Shown here piece by piece: positions 26,535-40,274 of a stretch of DNA of 64,000 nucleotides (positions are counted from its first letter, which is position 1; every line of letters begins with the position of its first letter). The translations under genes were made by a program, and so were the position numbers. Source of the stretch: Octopus vulgaris (Eukaryota); contig OX597834.1 in NCBI GenBank assembly GCA_951406725.2, forward strand, positions 12,152,001 through 12,216,000, given 5' to 3'. The notes below the pieces were generated by a model that ran no database searches, had not been told where the DNA came from, and saw only the letters and a list, made by a program, of their open reading frames with translations.

Positions 26535-27064
26535 TTATATAAATTGAACATTATATAATTCCATTCGAAAATACAAGAACAGGTGTATCGTAGATGCCTC
26601 TGGTGCATTTATATCGCCATAGTTCTGCTGTAGCTTGGAACAATTATATTCTGATTGTGTTAATTTTCGTTGTAGAAAACCTGTGTAAACGTTCACACTT
26701 TACAAAGTACGAATGGTAAAAGAACCATAACAAAAAGCAAACACACACACAAAAAAAATGTTAACAATAAAGAAACAAATAAGATTGTTATAATTAATTG
26801 TAGTAATTTGTGTTAATATGCCGAAAAGTAAATGAATGACCAGATGTAAGGTAGAATTAACGCAAAGTAATTACAATTAAACTTGAGTGACAAAATATAA
26901 TCGAATCACAACTTTTACGAATAACTGATTTTGTTGTGTGTTGGTTTGTTTATTTATTCTGTACACCATGAAGGCTCGATGTAATATCACGTTCAGCTTT
27001 ACAGTTCTGCTAAAATGGTTAACTCACATTTATTAACGCGTGTTCAAAATTAACAATTAATTTT

Positions 27065-27280
27065 GAAGGCGGCAACCTGGTAGAAAAGTTATCGGAAGAT
27101 GACGCTTAGCGGTGCTTCGTCGTTTCATTTCGTTCTGAGTTCGAATACTGCCGAGGTCAAGTTTGCCTTTTATACTTTCGTTATAGATAAAATAACTGCC
27201 AGTTGACGACTGTGGTCGGTGTAATCGATCTACACCTTCCACGAAATTGCCGGCCTCGGGCAGAAACTTGGAACCAATGT
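27065..27280 (+). mobile_element. Old SINE family B variant (alternative 3' tail)
   Basis: aaggcggcaacctggtagaaa..ctgagttcgaatactgccgaggtc; other decayed copies at 32230-32645(-), 34960-35160(+), 52560-52700(+), 56285-56350(+). Confidence 0.6.
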
Positions 27281-27974
27281 TAATAATTAATTTAACATTG
27301 GATTTAATAACTAATCAATTGGATTTAATAATTAATTTAACATTGGACAACCACCTTCAATGAAATGCTTCAATCCAAATAATTGGGCTTAGCCATAGGA
27401 AAGAACCCACTTCTTGATCAAAGTACGTGCTCAAATCTCAACATTTCCTCTCCACTGAATCACGCCCTTAAGTTTCCAGAAAAAAATGTGTTCATGCGTG
27501 TGAGACTCAGGGAAATGCGTTGATCAGGTTTGGTATAGATTTCCTAATAATAGGTTTCCTTCAACAAAGTGGTTCTTCAGCTAAATAACAGTAGCATGAA
27601 TGTACTTCGTTGTTGTGTTGTAATAATAAGGTCCAATATGCTGAAGTGTAATATTTATGCCCTTCAGTAGGAGAGCTTGGAGTATTAGCAGAGAAAAGCC
27701 ACGAATGTACATATGCTAAGTATATATGATATCGAAGCATCAACAGTCACAAAATAACAATACAATTCACAAACACATAGACATACACACACGTGCGCAC
27801 GCTCAAATAACATGTGAATTCACACACAAAATGTAGGCTAGTCCTTGAAACACGTTTTCTTTTCGTCATGAACAAATCATCTGGCTCAACCGGACTGTCT
27901 TATTAGCACGCAGAGAGATAAGGTTGGTTTACTAAACGGACGCAAACTGCGTGTGTGTTTGGGAGCGTGCGTGT

Positions 27975-28139
27975 ATGTAATATATGCACATATATATATT
28001 TATGTATATGTAATGTATATATATAGATATATATGTATATGTAATGTATATATATAGATATATATATCTATGTATATGTAATGTAAATATATATTTATGT
28101 ATATGTAATGTATATATATATTTATGTATATGTAATATA

Positions 28140-28178
<39 letters not shown>

Positions 28179-29041
28179 GTATATGTAATGTATATATATA
28201 TATTTATGTATATGTAATGTATATATATATATTTTATGTATATGTAATGTATATATATATATATTATGTATATGTAATGTATATATATATATATTTATGT
28301 ATATGTAATGTATATATATATATATGTTTATGTATATATAATATATATATATATTTATGTATATGTAATGTGTGTATATATATATATATATATATGTATA
28401 TGTAATGTATATATATATATGTTTATGTATATGTAATGTATATATATATATATATATATATGTATATGTATATGTACATATATATAAATATATATATATA
28501 TGTTTATGTATATATAATAAATATATATATATACACATATATATACATAAACATATATATACAATTATATATAAAATATATATATATATACATTACATAT
28601 ACATAAATATATATATATACACATTACATATACATAAATATATATATATACACATTACATATACATAAATATATATATATATATATACACATTACATTTA
28701 CATAAATATATATATATATATATACACATTACATATACATAAATATATATATATATATATACACATTACATATACATAAATATATATATATACATTACAT
28801 ATACATAAATATATATATACATTACATATACATAAATATATATATACATTACATATACATAAATATATATATACATTACATATACATAAATATATATATA
28901 CATTACATATACATAAATATATATATACATTACATATACATAAATATATATATACATTACATATACATAAATATATATATACATTACATATACATAAATA
29001 TATATATACATTACATATACATAAATATATATATACATTAC

Positions 29042-29084
<43 letters not shown>

Positions 29085-29092
29085 ATGTATAT
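27975..29092. repeat. ~27-bp minisatellite that switches orientation mid-array
   Basis: tttatgtatatgtaatgtatata units 27990-28460, then reverse-complement cattacatatacataaatatatatata units 28589-29048. Confidence 0.9.
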
Positions 29093-29415
29093 ATATATAT
29101 ATAATTGCATTCACTTGCCTAAAAGAAATAGCAGTAAACAGATTGACGGAAACAAAGGCCAGAAACAAATATATGATATCAATAACAAAAGGCAATTGTG
29201 TAAGAAATTATTGATGTCCATAAGTACCATCGCTGTCCTTCGAAGCCCTAAGCAAGGAGCGCCAACGCCAACAAACAATAGGCCAAGCTAATACTCATAA
29301 TAGATATGGTAGGCACAAATTAATAGACACTTTCAAGTATATCAGTACGTATGTAAATGTATATAAATATATATTCATATTTGTGTGTGTATATATATAT
29401 ATATATATTCATATT

Positions 29416-29467
<52 letters not shown>

Positions 29468-29723
29468 TATTTGTGTATATATATATATATGCATATATAT
29501 ATATATATATATTCATATTTGTGTATATATATATATATGCATATATATTATCTAGATTCATATATATTATATATATATATACATATATATGATATGCATA
29601 CACATATATATATTATATATATATATATTATATACATATACATATTATATACATATCATATGATATACATATATATATTTACATATATAAGCACACATAT
29701 ACATATATATATATATACATGTC

Positions 29724-29769
<46 letters not shown>

Positions 29770-30665
29770 ATGTGTGTGTAAAATAAGTATATGTATATAT
29801 ACTTGTGTCTGTATGTATGTTTGTGTTTGTGTGCGTGTCTGGGTGCGTCTGCGACTGTGAGTGTGTGGTTGGTCGATTGTGTGAATGTATATAATATGGT
29901 ATAGAAGTTTGTCGCTGGTGAATGGTGGCTTTTGTGAAGTGGCTCACCAATCGAAACATAACAGATAAAACATACAAATAATGCTCTTCATTGATGTCTT
30001 CAAAGCATGGGCTTCCAGTAAAGCAAAGTGGTGCAACAACTCAGAAACTAAAAGGAAATAAAGGAAACTAGAAGAAGATAAAATGATATTAATAGATAAA
30101 TAGGTATCAATACTGTGAAAATGTAAGTAGCAAAGGGGGTTAGATGAAGTGTAGTTTGTACTGAAAACGTGGTAAGTCGAATGTCGAATTTTACAAAACA
30201 ACTCGAACTTTGAGAAGGCAATATATAATATAAGAGGATAAATATGAATGATAAGGGCGTATTGATTATCGTTATAATATCCTGAGGACAATAACGAGAA
30301 CACTGACAACAGATAGTAGATACACTGACGCAAGCAAGAAAAAGAAAACGCGGAAAGGAAGCAATATATACACGTATATAGAAGTACAACCATACGATCA
30401 CACACAGCCATATATATATGTATATAAATACACACACATACGCATATATATATACACACACACGTATATATATATACACATATATACACACACATATATA
30501 TATATACACATATATACACACACATATATACGCACACATATATACACACATATATACGTACATATATACACACATATATACATACATACGTACATATATA
30601 CATACATACATACATACATATATACATACATACATATATACACACACATACATACATACATATAT

Positions 30666-30701
<36 letters not shown>

Positions 30702-31285
30702 CATATCTTATAATATTGTTTTGTATTATATAATATTATTATATATATGAATATATATAAAGTAACTAAGCACGTGTGTATATTACATACACACACACAT
30801 GTTCGTTTGTTTTTGTATATATGTACATGAAATGTGTACTTCTGTGTTTGCGTGTATGTATCAATATACTTGAGTATATATAATTCTCTATGTTCGTAAG
30901 GAAATGTAGGAGAACCATATCTTGTTCTGTAACCGAGTGTGAAAGCGTTCTTCACGCACCAAGAAAGACACTTGCATGCACACACGAACATACATATTTA
31001 TTACTGTATATATGCTTATATAGAACGATAGAGCACGAACGATAGTGTCAGAGAGAGAGAGAGAGAGAATGAGAGAGAGAGAGAGAGAGAGAGAATGAGA
31101 GAGGTGTGGTTGTTTATCTAATCACTTGAACACAATAGGCGTATCTAGATGCTGTCGTGAATTCTTTGGAAATCAGTGTAGTAAATGTCAAGTGATCAAG
31201 ACACAAGCGCTAACTGACAAACTGGGAAATTACTGGAGCAAGATAAGATGAAGCGTAAGAGAGGGCAAGAGACACAATGCAACAA

Positions 31286-31326
<41 letters not shown>

Positions 31327-31329
<3 letters not shown>

Positions 31330-31569
31330 AAAATGGTTGGTAAAGTATAATTCTATATTATTTATACCGATCTAATTCCGAAACGCGCGTCCATGGATGA
31401 CCAGATATTGATTGATTTTCGTTACGTTTCCTTTCTGCCTGTGTGGATTGTTTTCAAGTATTTTGGTTTCTCTGGGAGTCCCTTTTTAAAGTAGAAGAAA
31501 TAGCTAAGGCTGCCATTTCTAAACTTCGTTATGTGGTAAAGCAAATCTTTGCTGAACCCTAATTATTAA

Positions 31570-31570
<1 letters not shown>
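31327..31570 (+). mobile_element. PLE-terminus-like island in (TA)n with the 3' half of a hammerhead
   Basis: gga..tcc-closed stem, then GAAACGCGCGTC; downstream part matches the right arm of the 43682-43925 palindrome. Confidence 0.6.
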
Positions 31571-31598
<28 letters not shown>

Positions 31599-31600
<2 letters not shown>

Positions 31601-31995
31601 TCAATAAATGGTGGGGTTGTGTTGACCGCACGTGGAGAAATGATAAGTAAGGAAAAATAAGAACACAACACATGCTCTTAATCCCTTTGGATCTTAACAC
31701 CTCAAGGTAATTTTTTCGTGAACAACCATAAAACTCAAGATACACAACGAACTCACAATGTATCGGAGAACTTATTTTTTAATTTTTGTACATTTTTATC
31801 ATTATTCTTTTACAAAAAACAATGCAATTTTCTTTTTTTCCCCTTTCTAATTTTTAAAAAAACTTTTTAAAACATAAATATTCTTGACAAGTCATACAAT
31901 GACGAAAACCGGTTGAATAAATATATATTTATATATTTTATCAATTTCTCATTTTATTAAAATTTTCTTTCATTTGAGTATTCTGCATTTAAAAA
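31599..31995 (+). mobile_element. PLE-terminus-like island in (TA)n with a degenerate hammerhead (31879-31919)
   Basis: TATTC TTGACAA GTCAT-ACA-ATGAC GAAA ACCGGTT GAATA, followed by AATAAA. Confidence 0.55.
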
Positions 31996-33593
31996 AAATT
32001 TTTTCCTTACTTATATATATATATATATATAAATTGAAAGCAGCCCGTCGTATGTGTATGAATAATATATGTATATAAAATATAAAAAAATAAACAAAAT
32101 AATTACTGCAGTGGATATATTCAACTAAAAGGTCTTGAAAGCGGTGCCCCAGGATCGCTACATATAAAAGATATAAGCAGGGAAATAACCTTCTTACACT
32201 TGTTTAGCAAAGGTTTCAAGAAAACAACCCATTTCCGACCCCCGACCCCAAACCTAACCGAAAGGTTTCAGGTTTTGGTAAAACGTCATCGACACTGAAA
32301 GAATAAAAGGAAAAGTCGTCAAGAGTGGAATTTGAACTCAGAACTTCAACATGTCGTTGAAATGATGCTAAGTAATTCTTTCATCTCGCTAATAGTCACG
32401 TGAACTTGTCACGTTCTCTAACCAAATATTCGTTTGTAATTTTGTCATAATGTTAGCGTTTTTGGTCGAGGGTTTTCTTTGATCAAATCAATTCCAGTGT
32501 TCAACTGTCACTTGTTTTATCGACTCCAAGTGGACGAAAGGCGAAGACGACCTCATCGTAATTGGAACTAAGAACGTGCAAAAGGACCAAATAAAACCCT
32601 AAACATTTTGCGCAGCGAACAAACAATGTTAACAGCTAACCGCCTTTCACCACCCTAACATTGAAGCTAAACGAACAGGTTGCAAGTTACTCAAATGTAT
32701 GAAGAATTGAAACAGTTACCAATCATACAATTATCGTTTGTCGTTGGATAATTGGCAGAAGGAATACAGTGTACCACAATATTGATCGTGTTCGCAACAA
32801 GTGCGATTAAGGACGGAGATAATTCCAGAATAAATAAAAGCTGGAGCTGTTGCCTCAGTTGCAACGCAGTTAATTAATTACACATACACCTGTGAACAAA
32901 AGTTGGTTTGTTAACGACAAAACGAATATAAACCAATCAATAGTTTTGCTAATTGTTTTATTTAAAATTTTGTTTGCAGTGCGTGTATCAGTGATTTTGT
33001 TTCGTTCTGAACAAGAGCAAGTGTTACAGCGTAAAACATGAGTTGGTAAAATGCAGTACAGTCAAGTTGATTGACACCAGAAAGATGAAAGTGTTAAATA
33101 TGTTCCTTCGTAGAAGTTGAGTACAGAGCATACAACGTCTGAAGTTGTAATCTTCCCGCTTCTCTTTCCAACACCTCACTTTGTATGGTATTCTTATATG
33201 TTATTAATTAATGTATAACTTGTTTCTTAATCCAATTCAATAACTAAATACATCATTTTAAATTGTGAAATTAACAGCTCGAATGGTGAAAAGAGTTTGA
33301 ATTGAAAGTCTTTCACAAAGAGCAAAATAATGGCAAGAATAACGTAGATGTATAATCGATCACATCGAAATAATGTATACTGACACAGACATGTAGAACG
33401 TCATATGAGTCATAACTGTGGTGAAACTTTGGTGGCTCGGGTGTCTCAGAATATTCGGGGTTGGAACTAATTGTTAATGATGCTTAAGTGTATCGTTATA
33501 AATCTGAGAGGGCACCATTGAATAGTATGAGGGCCGTGCCGTCCAATGCACCACCTTAGCGACGGGCATGAGAAAATTATTGGTATGGATTTT

Positions 33594-34191
33594 CTATTTC
33601 TTTTACTACCCACAAGGGGCTAAACACGGAGGGGACAAACAAGGACAGACATAGGTATTAAGTCGATTACATCGACCCCAGTGCGTAACTGGTACTCAAT
33701 TTATAGACCCCGAAAGGATGAAAGGCAAAGTCGACCTGGGCGGAATTTGAACTCAGAACGTAACGGCAGACGAAATACGTATTTCTTTATTACCCACAAG
33801 GGGCTAAACATAGAGGGGACAAACAAAGACAGACATAGGTATTAAGTCGAATACATCGACCCTAGTGCGTAACTGGTACTTAATTTATCGACTCCGAAAG
33901 GATGGAAGGCAAAGTCGACCTCGGCGGAAATTGAACTCAGAACATAACGGCAGACGAAATACGTATTTCTTTATTACCCACAAGGGGCTAAACAGAAGGG
34001 ACAAACAAAGACAGACATATGTATTAAGTCGAATACATCGACCCTAGTGTGTAACTGGTACTTATTTTATAGACACCGAAAGGATGAAAGGCAAAGTCGA
34101 CCTGGGCGGAATTTGAACTCAGAACGTAACGGCAGACACTACGGCTACGCATTTCGCTCGGCGTGCTAACGTTTCTGCCAGCTCGACGCCT
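33594..34191 (-). mobile_element. SINE family B concatemer: one head plus three ~184-bp bodies
   Basis: Units start at 33594, 33779 and 33963; junction gaaatacgtatttc; single head at 34140-34191. Confidence 0.9.
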
Positions 34192-34392
34192 ATACCGTTA
34201 TGGACATTTCCCTTGCAATGTAATGTTTCATATGTGGCACACCGAATCGATGCTTAGCAGGCGAAAAGACTTATTTAAATAAAAGTGTAGCAAATAACAT
34301 TTTAAAGTGGAAATACGTTTTATTTATGTTTAAATGTAAAGAAAACTCAGAGTAGTAATTGAGACAGAAGCTTTCTTGAATTTGGGACTGTA

Positions 34393-34733
34393 CTCTTTTA
34401 CTTCTTTCGGTCATTTGACTGCGGCCATGATGGAGCACCGCCTTTAGTCAAGCAAATCGACTCCAGGACTTATTCTTTTTAAGCCCAGTACTTATTCTAT
34501 CGGTCTCTTTTGCTTGGGGGGACAAACACGGACCCACAAACATACACATATATATATATATACACATTTACGACAAGCTTCTTTCATTTTTCATCTACCA
34601 AATTCGCTCATAAGGCTTTGGTCGGCTCGAGGCTATAGTAGAAGACACTTGCCCAAGGTGCAACGCAGTGGGACTGAACCCAGAACCATGTGGTTGGTAA
34701 GCAAGCTACTTACCGCACAGCCACTCCTGCGCC
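34393..34733 (-). mobile_element. SINE family A with internal deletion
   Basis: Consensus match. Confidence 0.88.
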
Positions 34734-35993
34734 CAGTATAGATTGAATTAATACATTGTTATTTGAGGCAGATATTGGTCCCTCATAACACTTACATGAA
34801 CTTCAAAGTTGTCAGTATTTTGATTTAGTCAAATTAATTAGAATGTAAATTATGATTTAAGTACCTCACATTGGCTAAAAAGCGAAAAATACATTTGGCA
34901 AGAAAACATTTCAGATGATTTTGTAACCTATTCTCTCGTTCGAAACACTATAATTATAAGACAGCGAGCTGGCCCAATCGGTAGTGCGTCGGGAAAAATT
35001 GTTTCGTGTAGTTCCTTGCATTTTGAGTTCAAATGCCACCGAGGTAATATTTGCTTTCCATCATTTACGGGTCGATAAAATCAGTGCAAATTAAGTACGG
35101 ATGTCACTTTAATCCTTTTGTCTTTCTTTTCAAAACTGCTACCTTTGTTCAAAATATTACGAAGAATTGTTTAATAAATGTGTAGTTTAACGCCTCTAAG
35201 AAAAATCGACATAAACAAATGCCGTACCATTTGTTTTTTTACTAAGAACAATTTGTGTCAATTTTGTGTGGTGCTTTCTACTCTGCAATTTATTGCATCC
35301 AGTGACATTAGTTTTCAGCACAGGTAAAACATCAAGGGAACGCTCATAGGTAAATATTGAGGCTCCACCGTACAACCAATCGTTGCATCACCTTTTCTTT
35401 TAACCACTTATCTGGTAGTACAGTATTTTGCCCATAATATTTTTTTCTGCATGAACCCCGCGATTGGCTGGCAAGGAAAATCGAAAGCTATTTTCGAAAT
35501 GGAGACCTGGCCAGAAGAAGCATTGTAACACGTTGAACTCCACGATAATCTATCAAGGACAAGATGCTGAAATTAATTTGGGCGATGGGCTTGCTCGATC
35601 TACCAGACAAGAACTCGGCATACAAAAGAGCTGGAATAAATAACTGAACGTTTCTCTTCCGAAGCCCTAGAAATACTGACACCCCATGAACTTGAACAAG
35701 AACATTATTTTATCGAAACTGGAAGAAAAGCACGGGCAAGATGACTTCGTCACGATTTCAGCTCTGAACACAGAAAACCAGAACAAAGAAGGTAAGATTA
35801 TTTTACGCTGTAACAACTTTACCAATGCGTCGAAAATTTTCTTATGTTTGTAAAAAGCCAGAGCTGTCAAGTAGATAGGTTTTAGCATGAATTGTTGTAT
35901 TATAATCGTTAATAGCCACATTTAGTTTTATCTAAGAAGTGTCAGGCTGTCACTTTTCATTCACCTTACAAGGTCGGATTCTTCTTCTATCCG

Positions 35994-36045
<52 letters not shown>

Positions 36046-36670
36046 TATATCCTCTCACCTCGACATGACTCGTTATTCAGCATCTACATGTTGACTTAGC
36101 TACTGACTGTCGACAGCACTTGATTCGGTTAATAACGTTTACTTATTCAATGGAAGATCAAAATATCATTGATAACTTTTGGCATCCGTATGTGACACGC
36201 GCAAATAAATATTCTCGAAGCCATTGTTTCCTACCAGCGTCGGCAGTTCACTCTCATGCCACGCATATTCTGACAATTTACCGCCAGAAACAAAAACGAA
36301 AAACCCAAAAAAAAATAAGAGATATAAGGGAAAAAAATTACTACAATGCAAAAAACAAAAATTCTGACATCTTTGTATATTGTTTTCGGTCTTGTATATT
36401 TATTTTTCTTATCCTAAAAGACACAAAGTATAAGCTTATAAGATTTCATCAAAATAAAAAATACACAGACACAACACAACAAATATATTATATATTTAAA
36501 TACACACGTATGTGCCTACGTACCAGCATACATTCATGCATGCATAAATGCAAATATACATACATACACATAGATATATGTGTTTGTATATATGTACATG
36601 CACAAATTATATATACATATGTTTGTATGCGTATACACACACATACACAAATATATGTATATATATATGG

Positions 36671-36722
<52 letters not shown>

Positions 36723-37004
36723 ATACATATATATATATATATATAATGATATGTAGAAAGATGGAGAAAAAGAGTTGGAGAGATAAAAAGACCAAATCAA
36801 ACATACACAAATGTGATTCAAATACAGATGGGCAAATAACTATTCCTGGTCATCAATCATCCTCGCGCATGTTTGAACGTACATACGCATAGCTGGCTCC
36901 TTGGAAGCGCAAATGCGCACAGACAGTAAAACGTACATAAAAATAATACATGCCTCCATAAGAAAACAGACGTAATTATTCATATACACGTATGTACATG
37001 TGTG

Positions 37005-37039
<35 letters not shown>

Positions 37040-37068
37040 GTGTATATGTATATATATATGTGTATATG

Positions 37069-37117
<49 letters not shown>

Positions 37118-37267
37118 ATATGTATATATATACATATATAAACACAATGTACATATATATATATGCATGTATATATATGTATATATATATGTGTGTGTAT
37201 TTGTATATATATATATACATATATAAACATCTACATATATATGTATATATACATATATATACACACA

Positions 37268-37301
<34 letters not shown>

Positions 37302-37415
37302 CTATATACGTTAGGACGTGTATATTTTGATATACCTCACACTCACTCGTTCTCTCTATATCTCTCTTATGTATGTATGTATGTATGTATGTGTGTATAG
37401 GTGTGTGAGCCCGTA

Positions 37416-37474
<59 letters not shown>

Positions 37475-38009
37475 GTATATTTCAGTATATAAGACGAAAA
37501 GTGAGAGAGGAATATAGACATATACAGAAACCTACGTATTGCGCATATCAAAGGGATCAAGAATGTTATGATTATTTCATTTAAACAACAAATACACATC
37601 CCCACATGTGTACATATGAGGCAGTTCGTCAGCGTAAATATCTGTAGGCATGCGTGCTTCTGTTAAGAGAATAACATACGATGTTCAAAATTCGTCACAG
37701 GTTGTTGTGATCATGAATTATTTCTTTGATTGTATCTTTCACACCATGATGTCCTCATCTGAGAACGGGGCTTCAAACAGCACCTACATCGTGTAATGTC
37801 TATCTTGGTCTGTCTGTCTATCTTTATCTTTCTCACTTTTCTATCTTTCTTTCTCTCTCTCTCTCTCTGCTTCTATCTATTTATCTATCTATCTATCTGC
37901 AATTGTCATAATTACAAAATTATGGTTGTTTTATAGTTATATCTAAAAATATTGGAACGTTTTTCTAAGAATTTTCAATACATAGAAATAACAATCAAAA
38001 TGCTTGCAT

Positions 38010-38054
<45 letters not shown>

Positions 38055-38086
38055 CGGATGTGTATCTATTTGTGAGTGACTGTATG

Positions 38087-38128
<42 letters not shown>

Positions 38129-38184
38129 TACATACATGCATATATAAATGCATATATATATGAATATATATTTATATTTTTTCA

Positions 38185-38242
38185 TTTCCATTTCATCTAG
38201 TTTCAGCTCACGACCTGTGACCATGGCAGGGCACCGCCATTA
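38185..38242 (-). mobile_element. Short LINE-like 3' end (same family as 3260-3330)
   Basis: ctagtttcagctcacgacctgtgaccatggcagggcaccgccatta. Confidence 0.55.
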
Positions 38243-38484
38243 TATATATATATAAGTCTGACGGTGTGTTATGACTACGATGAATTTGAATTTAGGGGGA
38301 CGTTTGATGATAGAATCTCTCAGGATCCTACATGGTCTACACCGGTATATGTTCAATGATTTGCACGATCCGACACTTAAAACTGTGCTTCATACCAAAC
38401 TGACTAATTCCAAAGAACAATTCATGTTCAATGTACTCTTGCTTCGTACATTTTTGTTGTACACGCTTCGTGACATCCTGTGCC

Positions 38485-38529
<45 letters not shown>

Positions 38530-38530
<1 letters not shown>

Positions 38531-38761
38531 AGGCTGTGTAGATATTGTAACATTTATAGATGTTATAATATCTACACAGCCTTGGCTTTTTATCTCGTTA
38601 CGCAAAAAATTCTTATATACACATGCTGACAAAGAACCAAAGTTGAACCCATTTTTGGCAAAATTACCGAACCTGAAAGTTAACTATGGTCTGTCTATAG
38701 CACTTATCCAGCATTACCTGACACCTTTGGGTCTCAATTACACCATTACCTATTATAACCT

Positions 38762-38765
<4 letters not shown>
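38530..38765 (+). mobile_element. (TA)n-embedded island starting with a 54-nt hairpin; possible PLE remnant
   Basis: aaggctgtgtagatatt..aatatctacacagcctt hairpin 38530-38583; downstream frame contains LTPLGLN, similar to PLE endonuclease C-termini. Confidence 0.4.
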
Positions 38766-38818
<53 letters not shown>

Positions 38819-38968
38819 TCGAAATTGCGAGAATAATCTGATTCTATACTGGGGATAGAAGGCTTTGAACGACCCCTCCTTGTTATTATGTATCATCTAT
38901 GTGGATGTTTTGTTGTCCCATTTTGTAATCACCTAGTTGTTCGGATGTTTTGCGTTCTTGTCCCATTT

Positions 38969-39009
<41 letters not shown>

Positions 39010-40274
39010 ACAGAAGGGTAGAAATACGTACAGAGACAGAGAGAGAGAGAAAAGGAAAAATAGAAAGAGCAAGACAGATTGAGAGGTGGAGGGAAGGGGA
39101 GAGACAGATGCAAGATGGACGAGAGTCTGAGACAGAACATAAAAGTATTTGGGAGCAAATTGATAATATGCTTTGGCTGGTCTGCAGTTAAATATTCTTT
39201 GTAATGTTATCAAAGATGTAAACGCTTGCTTAGAGAAATATTTATTAAAATTTTTGGTGGGGTATTTTGTGTCTGGTGTTGTTTTAAACTTTCCTGATGT
39301 CACAATCCTTTATTTTATTATTTTTTTTTGTGTACTAGTACAATATTTTTTGATATTCTTCTCAATTTAGGTGAATGTTTCACCTTCTTAAGGCAGTTTT
39401 AATGAGTGTTGTGATGTCTGTAATGTGGCTGGTGCTGATAACGATTGGCGAAGGGATTCGAAGTGTTAATAGTAATTCCAGAGTATAGAACGAGTCAATA
39501 ATAACTACTTTAGACAGAGAAGTGACAATTTCACGCCTCTGCCTCTTGGGATGAAAACACGAATTGCTAAATTTGACGAATCACTATTTAAATGCCAGAG
39601 ATATGTCAAGCACTTGTAGAATATTCATTCCAGTGCCTCATTCCAAAGCTAAAATGACAAGTATTACAGCATGAAAAAAAACTACCTACCACAACGCTGA
39701 TAGTTGAAGAGCTGAGGCAGATTCTTTCAGATGTCAAGATTAGTTAATTGAGGAGAAAATAATACATTTTCTTGCTTTATTTTTTTTCACTTCACAGAAA
39801 TATCTTATTTATGATGCACCGACTTAGTGTAAGGAAACGAAAGTTAACGAGAGGGAACGAAAGGTAACGAAAAAACAACAAAAGGCAATAAAAGATAGAA
39901 ATAAGCTTTAGAAAAAGGCTTTAGAAAAAGGCATTAAAACATTAAAGAAAACAGAAATGTTTGGAAAAAAATATATATATAAATATATATGTGTGTATGT
40001 AGTACATACACATGAATAAGTATGTGTGTGTGTGTGCGTTTATGTGTGTGAGTGTATATCTGATTTAAGATAATAAAGATGGGTTTTCTTTACCTTGACG
40101 ACAGCAACTGCTAAAATGTCTGACAGTCTGACATCCAAACGTCTAAAACTATATTTTTTTTCGCTCCATCATTTCGTGTTGCCCATTGTATCATTTAATA
40201 TGTATGCACTAACATTTCTTCAAAGACAAGGAATATATCCTAACTCAATAGAAGAGAAATGAATACGTATCATG

